Positions 30,000-41,500 of a stretch of DNA of 64,000 bases are shown in pieces. The notes beneath the pieces are model-generated. The model was not told the DNA's origin, searched no databases, and worked only from the letters and a program-made list of their open reading frames with translations. Every line of letters starts with the position of its first letter. Within the stretch, counting starts at the first letter, position 1. A program made the position numbers and the translations under genes. The stretch lies in contig CM102284.1 of assembly GCA_046563655.1 (NCBI GenBank), forward strand, positions 4,774,001-4,838,000. Reading direction: 5' to 3'. The stretch comes from Yuukianura sp. NJ FZ-2021. Lineage: Eukaryota.

Positions 30000-31372
30000 A
30001 TGTCTACTAAAATTATAAAGTACAAGCAGTCTGTGTGGTCTCTTGGGAAAGATTTTTTGTCAATGAAAAGAAAGTACACTCCACTTCAGAAGGCTGATGA
30101 AGAAATAGCAGAAGGGAAAGTTGTGGTTATCACTGGAGCCAATTCAGGTATTGGGGAAGTCGTGGCACTGGAAATGGCTAAACGAAATGCCCGTGTGGTA
30201 ATGTGCTGTCGAGATGTGGAGAAAGCAAGGAGAGTTATGCAGAAAATTTTGAAGCAAGCTCCAACGGCTACACTTGTAAGAATGGACTTTCTGAAATTTT
30301 GAATCTAATTGAGTTGAATTCGCAGTATTTTTTCGTTAGTTTTTTATGCTGCTTGAATTTTACAGGATATCATCGCACTAGATTTGGGAAGTTTGGCGTC
30401 CGTAAGGAAGTGTGCTAATGAAATTCGTGAAAAGTACGATCACATTAATATTTTAATTAACAATGCTGGAATCCTGTTCAATGAAGACAAGTTACACAGA
30501 ACAGAAGATGGATTTGAAATGCACATGGGAGTTAACCATTTAGGAAACTTTCTCTTTACAATGCTCCTTGTGGATCTTCTCAAACCAAAACAAATTGAAA
30601 ATGTTAGTCCAGAGTTAACGTAAGCCACTCGAACAGTCCTGGGAGCATATTCTCCTGCAAGCTGTTTTATGAATCGGAAAGCTGGTAAATTTTGAATTTA
30701 CCAGGCGGTAAAGATATCAGCGGACTTACGACCTTTCCAGAATATGGTCCCTGAACTCAAAATTTCGGATTGAAACGCAGAAAAAAGTACTGAAACAATT
30801 GCCTTCTCGAATTTTTAGGAACCGCATCGTATTTGTGGGGTCAACTGGCCATCTCTTTGCAGAACTGGATCTGAATGACCTCAATTTGGAGAAACGCGGT
30901 AAAAGTTTTGGCATGGACAACAATGGACCTTACGCCAATTCCAAATTGGCCAATATGTATTTTGCCCGGGAATTGTCTAAAAGGCTAGATGGATCTGGCG
31001 TGAGCGTGTCTGTCCTGTGTCCAGGGTTTATCAAAACCGATATTTTTAGAAACAGTGGAATAATTCACAAGATCAAAACCAATGTTGGAATCTTTTTGTA
31101 CGGATCATCAATGGAGACGGTAATAATTCATATTACATTTTTACATGAATCACAAACTAATATACTAATTATAAATGTTATAATAATTAATCATTGTTTT
31201 ATAGGGAGCTGATGTTGTGTTGTATTGTTCACTATCTACAAGGATTGCAAATCAGAGCGGAGAAATGTACCGATTTAATAACGTCTGGCCAGGAGTCATG
31301 GACGCTCTTGACGATCTAGCAGCTAAAGAATTGTGGGAGAAAAGTGAAATACTAGTTGGTCTAAGGAGCTGA
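30000..31372 (+). CDS. Short-chain dehydrogenase/reductase, RDH11-14-like; exons 30000-30275, 30366-30619, 30819-31119, 31205-31372
   Basis: [11 protein letters not shown] (TGxxxGxG), [21 protein letters not shown], catalytic [14 protein letters not shown]-terminal ELWEKSE. Confidence 0.92.
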
Positions 31373-31477
31373 AATTTCCAATTTGGAAAAACTACTAGTA
31401 ATGTGACTTTCTAATCACATTTTTAAATTGCAACTCTTCTTCCAAAATGCTGCTGCATGTCTACGCCTTCATTTTCT

Positions 31478-32820
31478 TTAGATAATGCAGGCTGCTAGAA
31501 ATGCCAGGACTGCTGCCATGAAGGCCATTCCCTGTTTAAAAAAAAGTAAAGCAGCAGATTTCTATTAGAACCACTAATTATTCCGTAGTTTTTAATTAAC
31601 TAATTTAATTTAGTGTTAATTTAAGCCAGCAAAATTCACTTACCATTGAAACACAATGGACTGCGAAGTCGTGTGGCTCAGCCGACTGAATAAACTCACT
31701 TGGCAACCCGCTTTTTTCAATGTCAAGTTCAGTTGACATGTAAAACTGAAAAGGAAAAAAGGATTTTCCACCTTATAGCGTGGCAACTTGATCGTTACCT
31801 TGCCTAACCTTAGCAACTGTGTTAACTTTGACCTTACCTTAAACCCAACTACGTGGCTGTACGAAGAGGGTTCACCCCGCTTTACGACGTAGTTGCATCG
31901 ACACCAGTTAGTGCTCTCGAGATTGTCCAAATATTTCAGAAAATACGGGCTTCTGACGTACTGAAGTGAGTTGGCCTTAGATCCGCCTCCGATCGGATTT
32001 GGGTTAGGCAGTACAACGTTACCTAAAACATCAATTTGGAAACTAATTTACTAACTGTAATTATAATCATTAATTACTGGTAAGTCTGAAAGAGTATATA
32101 ATGTAGCATCTTACAACATCCTTCCCAAAATCGGAATGTGCCAATGCCGCCTAGAATATCAACAAAATACACTTGGTGCAGAGGAAATTCCAAAATGGTT
32201 TTTATTTTTAGGTTTATGTTGTTTGAGTTTGTTATACTAATTTCGAGAAGTAAAAATTCAACTAACCACAAATGATTCCAATGCATAAGACGATTCCAAT
32301 GGACAAGTAGAAAAATCGGTTCTGCTCAACAATCAAGTAAGGTTCAGATTAAAACATTTTTACTTATAGCAAATCGGGAGTTGCAATTTTGAAAAAAAAA
32401 AACTTACCACTGTCAAAGCAATATTTCGAGTAGCACCGAGAAGTAAGAATGGGAGAAAGCAGAGTAAAAGCAGGAAGGAAATGATGACAATGGCGATGTA
32501 CGCCTTATTCAAAGGTTCCACGATGTATCCAAGTCCATTTCCATAGTATTTGTCAGCATCATTACGACTAGAGTCGTAACTGTCAAGATCATTCGGAGAT
32601 CCGATAGAACCCAAGATCAAGGCCAAAAAACTGAATCCCTGCATTAAAACACACACATAAACATCAAACTAACAAAGTAACCTGAAATTCGTATCCTATG
32701 CTTTGATTGGAAACTTACGGTAACCAGGATCCGCAAAATTACACCACACACCGATGATGTCTTCTTACTCGAATCAATTCGTTTAGTCTGACTTGGCATA
32801 GCAATGGTATGGTCAGCCAT
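31478..32820 (-). CDS. Uncharacterised four-transmembrane protein with Cys-containing second loop; exons 32820-32719, 32638-32408, 32324-32267, short exon ending 32115, 32022-31838, 31685-31644, 31531-31478
   Basis: Phase-consistent GT-AG exons reading MADHTIAMPS...ILVT/GFSFLALILG...LLLLCFLPFLLL.../NRFFYLSIGIVLCIGIIC.../GMAFMAAVLAFLAACII-stop; family not recognised; the acceptor of exon 4 is ambiguous. Confidence 0.65.
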
Positions 32821-33622
32821 TTTTATTTTCAAAATTTCAAATTTTTTGATAATTTTTCACAAGTTCCAGAGTGTGCTGCTGTGTGAGATTAACTTCAATT
32901 TGTTTTGAGTTTTCCCTTTTATAACTAACTCTCCATTCAAAAAGACGCTTGGATTTAATAACTGAACACGCTTTGCGTTTTTGCTTAAAACGCTTCCTAG
33001 AAATACTTTGTTTGTTTGTTTGTTTGTCAGACAGACAAATAAATTGACTTCGGTTTAGGATTGCTTTTAATTTCGGTTTTACATAACAAGATTCAACGGC
33101 GTGTTTACCAAATTGAAGCAGACATTTCTGCGTAGCAAAATTTGGACGCGGAAATTGCGTGCTTAAGTAAATTTTAATTGGAAATCCATTAGAAACACTT
33201 TTTAACTAATTTCACTTTCACTTTGGAAAGTATTTTCTTTCATGTTGTTTACAAAATCGGGTGTCCATTATCATGTTTACTAGAGCTTTGTAAACAAAAT
33301 TTCACTTATGCTCCATCATTGGCTTTTACTTTTACATGTTTCACTCAGAATAAACATAAATCAACAACTTTAACTTTTAATTTCCTTAACTAAAAACTCT
33401 TCTGTACTTTCAATTCCTACTTTCACCTCTTTCTTTTGATTTTCATAGGTGAAAGTTGCAGCGTGCCCCATATTTAGAGGGGCGGGAAAAGATTTGAAAA
33501 TAAATGTAAACAATGATGTAAAAAATAAAAACTCCAAATTTTCTGCTTTGAGTGTTAATTCAACCAATAGTAATCAATTAATAATTAGTCATTGTTTAAT
33601 TAATAACTAACTTCTAGGGAAC

Positions 33623-35421
33623 ATGACACCGTCGACGGAAGCCCTGAGGAAGTTGCCACTTGTCATTGTTTTGGGAGCAACTGCCACAGGAAAATCAAAA
33701 TTGGCAGTGAGCATTGCTCGGCAATTTAAAGGGGAAATCATATCTGCGGATTCGATGCAAGTAAGAATTAACGTTGTTGACCTCTGTCTTCCTGTACATG
33801 GCTGCACCTTGTGATAATTAGGTATTGTAATGAACTTCCAGATTTACAAAGGATTGGACATCCTGACCAACAAGATGACCGAAACGGAAATGCAGGGAGT
33901 ACCACACCATATGATGTCTATCCTTGACGGACGGCAGCATTTTGACATAACCTTGTTCCAAAAACAAGCTCTACCCATTGTGAGTTTACTACCTACTTCG
34001 TAAACATATTTCAAACAAGTCTGCAACTGAATTGAAGTTACAATATTAATATTGGCATCTTCATTATATAGGTTGAACGCATTCTAAAGGATGGAAAGAT
34101 TCCCGTCATCGTTGGAGGAACAAATTATTACATTGAAAGTATACTCTGGGAAGTCCTTGTGACCAAAGGGAACCAGGAAGACGGAGTTCCAGCGGAGGCC
34201 TTGCATCAAAAAACACCAACCTCAACCTCACTCCTGACACCTTACAACCACGATTCTACTATCCCAAATCCTAATGAAATTCTGGATCTATTTCAACAGC
34301 ACCAAGGAAATGTCAATGACACAGATCTGGAACCCTATCTCTCTACGACACTTCACTCGACATTGGAGTTGTGCGATCCGGTCCGGGCTTCTACGCTACA
34401 TCCCAACGACAGAAGGAAAATTATTAGATCGTTGCAAGTTTGCTACCAAACTGGACGGAAACACTCAGAAATAATTGCGGAACAAAGGCAATTGTCAACC
34501 CAAGAAAGCAAGGTTGACGAAGACGCTGACACAAACACCAATCACAAGCATCATCTCGGTGGACCGCTGCGATTTGAAAATTCGCTTTGTTTTTGGATAC
34601 AAGCAGACCAGCAGCTTTTGCAACAACGCATTGACCAACGAGTTGACGAGATGGTTCAAAATGGACTGAGAAACGAATTGAACAATTACATCGACGATCT
34701 CAGGGCTGACGACACGTATGACCAAGATACATCACACTACTTATGAATGAAACTTTGACGAGTATTTGCTTACTAAATTCTTTATTTTAGGACGTTGGAT
34801 TTTACTAAAGGGCTTTTGCAATCAATTGGATTCAAAGAATTCAACAGTTACCTGCAACTACTGCCAGAAGAGCGACAGTGTCCTGTCGGAGACGCCCTGT
34901 TTGTTCAAGGCATTGACCTTCTTAAAATTGCTACTCGTCAGTATGCCCGACGCCAATTGAAGTGGATCACCCATCGGTTTCTACAACCAAAGAAACGTCA
35001 AGTTCCTCCAATTTATCGCCTAAATGGAAATCTAACTGACCACGACTCATGGGAAATCAATGTGACGCAACCAGCTCTGGCAATTTTGGAAAACCATCTG
35101 AAAGGAGATTTTGAGCACCCCTTACTTTTGGAAAGACTCGTTCCAGCCAGCAATGACGACAGTCAGGAAGATGGAATCGTCCGATACTGCCAAGTATGTG
35201 ATAACCGTGCTTTTGTTGGAAATGTACAATGGGAAGCTCATCTTCGTGGAGCAAAGCATAGAAAAATGAAGAAACGAAAGCAAATACAAACTTGGACAAC
35301 TAGTTCCGATTTTGCAGCAACGACAAGCCCACCCTCAAAGAAATCAAATTTTGGTGACAGCGTCGCCTACGACAAAACCGAAAGCGCAACGGTGCTTCCA
35401 ATTCCTGAAACAAACTCCTGA
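33623..35421 (+). CDS. TRIT1: tRNA dimethylallyltransferase (IPTase); exons 33623-33760, 33842-33979, 34072-34715, 34791-35421
   Basis: P-loop [70 protein letters not shown] and C-terminal zinc finger CQVC...[10 protein letters not shown]. Confidence 0.95.
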
Positions 35422-35555
35422 AAGTCAAGCAAGTCCTAAAGTCAAGCTTTTTTAATTTTATAGTCCTTTATGATTTTATTTGCAGCGAATAAAGAAGTGT
35501 TCAGCGATTGGAGTTTAAACAGTAGTGATTTCCTTCAGTTAGGAACAGCGTACCA

Positions 35556-38500
35556 TCAAACATCAATATGATATGCGGGTTGGTCATTGTTTCGTTGACT
35601 TCGGGTTCTTTGGGAAAGTAGAGTCGAAGGCTGAATCCCACCGCCGCTGCCGCTGTTTCCAGCGTAACGTTTTCCAGAACTTCCAGCTTTCCTTGCCCGC
35701 TTCTGCGTCTTCTTCAAATTCAACGTCGTAACGGCAGCAGGCGACGTGCTCAACTCCTCGTCACTTTCCGGAACTTCTCCAGCGTCAGTCAAGTCCCGAG
35801 AATCCGAAAATTTCGTTGGTGGTTGAATTCTCTCCCCGAAACTAAGAAAACCGAAACAAGGTAAGTGATTGCTCTTGTTTTCCCAGAAAAATGAAAAGTT
35901 TCATAATTTGTTACAATAAGTTAATAAGTAATTGCCAATTACTGTCTAATTTATAAATTGCAGTTACCTAAATGATGTTTCTTCGGTATGACTCGAGTAG
36001 CCACTGCTGCTCCTTACTCTTAATTTGGCACTGGAACCGCTCTGAACACTTGACTTGGATTTATTATGCTTACGTGATAGATAGGAAGACTTACGAGGCG
36101 GAGTGGTTCCCCCGGGGGAAGAGTCTGCTGAAGATGTAGTCGAAGGCTCAGATGTAATTACCGGATCTACCCAGAATTAAACCAACTTTAGTAGTGGAAC
36201 TGCGGGGCGGTGAAACAACCAAGATTTTCTTATTCCAGAGCCACCGTGCGCTGCAAGCCACCGTTAACGCACGGTGGACCAGTTTATGTTTGTGAAGCCG
36301 AGTATTTTGTGAGCTGATATTACCTACCCGAGCGTTGTCTTTGTCTAAACGTAATGAGTTCATGCTGTTGCTGCATAGTGAGTCCACTGGAATTACGATT
36401 GAGGTGATTCGCAGGAGGTGCTTGATGAGGCCCCAGTCTTGGAACATGCTGCGGGTGATGCTGATGATGAGAAGATGGTGGGGAGGAAGATCTCTGCTGA
36501 TGAAATTTTTCTCCTTCAGAATCAGACCCAAGGGTATCGTAGTCCCTTACTATTGGCATATGGAGACTTAGGATTTTCTTTACTTCCGAATCTGTACTTG
36601 CCAAGTTATCTGAATCCGGATTCTCAAAGTCTCGTCTTCGTTTGGCCTTCATGTACTCGGGTTCCTAAAAAACGGGAAGAAAAACGAAAGTTTTATGTCG
36701 AACTTTCTCCAATTCCGGAATGTTCCAATTCTGAGAGTGTTGGGGAGCATAAATTACCCGCATTTGCATTGTGGGGGCTTGATTGTAATGAAATCCAGGA
36801 GATTCCAGGGAATGGTAAGGGCCACTGTAAACATTCCCTACGTTGTACATTGTGTCACCCGTGTGATACCCAAATTTCTTTTGATTTTCTCCTTTGTTGA
36901 GTAGGGGTCGACCTGGAGCTTTCTCCGGGAGCTGAAAAGTGGCGTAAGGACACACATCTTCTCCATAATCTAAAAAAACAACACGTATTTTTTACTAATC
37001 AAACCAGATTTCATGAAATTTTCGTTTTTTTGAAGGTTTTCGAAATTTTTTGGCCATCAAACCTGCAGCATCACAACTTTTGTATCGAACAACATCTTCT
37101 GGATCTCCAGGACTGGAAGAGGGATCTGTCGTTTTAACAGGGCAGTAGCGCGTCTCCCGCCTTCCGCCTCCTCCAATGATTCCCGTTGGCATCTGATTAT
37201 CTGCGTACGTGTTCATTCCTCCTGGCGAATCGCCAATGATTGTCTTAGGACCATATCCAAGTCCTGGACAGAATTAATCGAAAAGTCGAAAGTCAAGCAT
37301 CTGAATCCAAAGTAAGCACACGAGAATCCAAAAGCTTACGTTTCCTCCGGAAGTAGCACATGACACCAATGACCCCAGTGACTGCCAATACTGCCAGAAC
37401 TGATGGAAACACAATGAGAAAAGACGTGTACAACTGAGGAGACGTATCTGTCTCTTCCAATTGTTCGTCACTGCCATTTCCACTCCATTTGACACCTTGT
37501 GAACCATCAGAAGCCAAGAGGTCAGAGGTCAACGATCCACATTTCGTAATTCGAGAAGCTTTTTATTACCCGCTAGAGTAGGCGATGTCACAAAATCATA
37601 CGTGACACTGCTCTTGCCAGCATTATTTTCTGCACTAATTCGTATGTAATATTTTACTCCAGCCTCCAGACCATGGATCGTGTACGACGCCAGTTTGGGC
37701 TGGAATGAAAAAAAAAGAGAGAAAGTTATTCACATTTGTGCAATTTTTGTGCGGGTTCTATTCCTGAGAATGTGGATTCCTTGATGCTGGAAACCATTAT
37801 GGAATCAACACATTAATGCTGGCCAAGCACATTAGCATTTTTGGAACCATTTTCATTCCTTTGGACAAAAAATGCTAAGGGATCCTGACAGCCTAAAAAA
37901 TTAGAAGTTGGAACTCATGCAGAAGGAGGCGACTATGACTACTGCCGTGTCCTAATTTAAAAAATGAAGTCTTGAAAAAGTGGTCCATTTTTTTAAGAAA
38001 ACGAAGAAAAGCGTGATGGTGATGATCTCAGAAGAGTCATAAAGAAGGAGAAAGTAGAATTAAAAATACTCACGTTTAATTCATTTGGGACATGAATCCA
38101 ATTACTGTCAGCAGGAATTGCTCCTTTGTAGTCAACAGACAGTCGAACCACGGGACACTCCGGTTCAGTCCAGGAATTCCCAAACCGAATTGTAATGGAC
38201 GACGAATTGCCAACCAACACATCCGACTTTTTTCCTATTGAAGGTACTGGAGAAACCAAAAACGAAGAAAAAGTTATACAAATTTGATCTCTAACGTCGT
38301 CTAAAGTACGAGTACACTCAAATTCTACGAAAACTTAAACAAAAAATGAAGAAAAACTTATTTTTCCATCTCTAACTTCATCTAAAGTACGACAACACCG
38401 AAATTCTGAGAAAATTTTCAAAATTGTTTGTCACATTTAAGTAATTGTTTCGAAATTTTGAAAATTCTTTCTCCTCTTGGCAGTTTTGAAAATTTGAAAA

Positions 38501-41500
38501 GGCGTCAAGTGCCTATTAGCCAACGGTGACGGTGCCAAGAAGACGCTTATTAGACATTAAACTCAAGACGCTACAAATGCTTTCACCGCTTCTACTTTCT
38601 CCAGAAAAAGCGCAAAGCGTTAAGTGCTCGTCTTTACTAATTTGGGGAAATGAGTCCATTGAAGTCAAGTAATTTGCAATTTGGAGACAAAATTACTTTA
38701 GTATTTAGAACAGTTCCAGAGTGAAAGCGAGCTACAGTGTAAGTGCTTTTGTTTTTAGAGATCATAAGCATCTAAATAGTTACAGAGGCTCATTCTGGAA
38801 GGTGTATTTTATTTATATAGGCACCAGAACTTACCGTTTCCCTTCGTCTGTGCCTGGACAATTTGAGAGGGAAGGCCAGTTCCAATTTTATTGGCAGCAG
38901 TAACATAAAAGCTGTATTTGGATCCACAGCCAAGTCCCTTGAGAATATGATTATTAGAGACTCCCTCTGTCTCTACTTCTTCCCAGTCACCATCTCCACT
39001 TCTGTAGTGGATAACGAACCCTGGGAAAACAACAAACTTTCTCTTTTGGCATCATGCGATTCACAATCACAAGGAAACTGGAGTTCCAGTGTTCCACTTC
39101 TCGAGTTCTTGCGGTTTAAGGGTCAGAGAGACTCATTCTCACCAGCTTTCAAGTACTGCCGGCCTCCGCTGAGAATTTCGTGGTCAAAGCAGCAGCGATT
39201 TCTCAGGAGAAATTAGGAAATGAGAAAACTGACTGACCTTTTATAGAAGTTCCGCCATTGGAGGGAACTGTCCATGCCATGTGAACAGCATCGTAAAAAG
39301 TTTCGATGATGTGGACTGATGGTGGAGGAGGAGGAGTTTGAACTTTGACATTGTAAGTTATGGAGTCCCGTCCATAGAGATTGAAAACAGTGCAAGTATA
39401 GTTTCCTTGATCAGCTACGGTTATGCCCTCAATCGTCAGCGTTCCAGTGTCACTCACCTGAAAATTTTCACGCAAATGCAAATTTTCGAATTAGAATTCA
39501 AAAACTAAAAATGAATTAAAAATATATGCTAAATTAGGCTGAAATTTACATGTTGACGAGAGGTCATCTCGATTTGACCTCCGTTGAACTTCCAGCGTTG
39601 AGTGGAAGTGGGTTTGCCGAGGCCGACAGCCATGCAAGCCAACTCCATTGTCTTCTTCCATTCAACGTCAATGGATTGATCAAAAGATGCTATCCTCGCA
39701 GGTACTAAATTTTGAACAAAAGTTTTAAAATTATGCAAAACTTTTGAAATTTTGAAACTGATTTGTTTTTAAATTCAGGTCATTGACCTGTGGCAAGCGT
39801 CGTAGCTCTAAAACGCGGTGTAGTGCCGCTTTCTCCCATTTTAGTTGAAGCTGATACCCAAAACTCGTATTGCTGATTTTCCTTGAGGTTGACGAACGAA
39901 AAGAAAGTTTCGTGCGGAAGTAAGTTTTTCTTTTCCTGAAAATCAAAATTTTGAGAAAATTTTTTTCAAGCAATTGCGAATTTTTTTTAACTTTACCACT
40001 TTTGCACTGTCTAGTGCCTTCATGTACAAAGTGTAGCGTTCAAGGCGTCCGTTTGGCGTTTCCGGTGGCAGCCATGACACCAAAATGGAACTACGAGAAC
40101 TTGGATGAACTTTGATCCCTCCAGGAGGACTTGGAACTAAAAAATTGCGATTTTGGAAAAACATTTTGGATCTTTTTTGAAAAGTGAATCGTACCATCTT
40201 CATCAGTGCTACAAATCAAAGGCTTGGAATACACTCCATCTCCTGCTAACGTCGAAGCGAGAACACTAATTGAGTAATTGGTCCATCTTCTCAGACCATG
40301 CAGAGTTGAAGACTTGACCTTTGACACTTTAACTTCAATTTCAGAAGGATCCAGAACATCTTCTCGGTGGAACTTGATTTTGTAGCCGTCGATGATTCCG
40401 TGTCTTCCTTCCAGCGGTGGGTCATCCCAGGTCAACTGAAGACTCTGAGAAGAAGTTGGCACACAAACTAGAGCTGCCGGTGGTAGAGAAGGTACTGGAA
40501 ATCAAAAATTTTTATCAAAATTTTGTGAAAATTTTGAAAACTGAAATTTTGATTTTTTTTCTAGAACCGTCAGTCAAAGTTGTTCCAATGACAGGAACCG
40601 AAGGTGGTCCAGGACCTTGAGAATTAAAGCCTTGAACCAAGACAGCGTATCGTGTGAACTTGTTCAGGTTGTCCAGGACAGTTGTGCCTCCAAAGTCGAT
40701 GCCAACCTGTTGAACATTGAAATTGCTACGTCAGTAGAAGTTTCATTTGATCTTGAACATAGGTTAGGTTGGGATATTAGGTTAGTGTAGTACAAGATGC
40801 TTACATCCACCGTTTTGAAGTGGAACCCATTAGCGTCAAGGGTGGAGATGGAGTTAGGACCATAATGAGGTGTTGTAAAGTGAGGCCCCAGTTCCGGTGG
40901 GAAAGCCAGCCCCACTTCCCTGTAACCCACGTAGTAGCCCAGTATGTTTCCATGCCAGAGATGCTTGAGTGGTGAGGACCACTTGACTCGTAACTCAGTT
41001 GCTGAAGCGAGTGATTCGATTTGGATATCTTCTGGAGCGCCTTCTGGAGCCTCCTCGGCTGTCGTGATTTGAACAAGTTCAGACGGTGGACTGTAGCCCA
41101 TGGAATTAGAAGCAAGGACTCGGATGTGATACGTTGTGGCTGGAGAAAGGCCGTCCACGCGGGAAGAAGTCTGAGTCGCTGGAACTGCTACTTCCTCCAC
41201 TTCAGCTTCAGTCCAAGTCTCTGAAATTTCAAAATTACCAATCAAGTTTCGGAAATTTTCTGAAAATTAACTAATCAAAATCAAAGGAAATGAAGTAATG
41301 GTATGATTAAGTTGCATTTTAGATCGGAATTATGGTATTGTATGATCTAAGTGATATGGCTAATACTTTCTTTAAACTTTTTTTTTTAAATTTCTACAGG
41401 GTTCAATATTGAAAAGTTTACAATTTACGTATTTACATGTTTACGAAAAAATTTTACCTGAAGGAAACTTGTACTGAATGATGAAGTTGATGAGCGGACT

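Noticed and set aside
39143-39168. Possible 26-nt poison exon in the Dscam FN5 intron (TCTCAG|...|GTGAGA on the minus strand)
   Set aside because: Weak polypyrimidine tract, in-frame stop and no other support; indistinguishable from chance.
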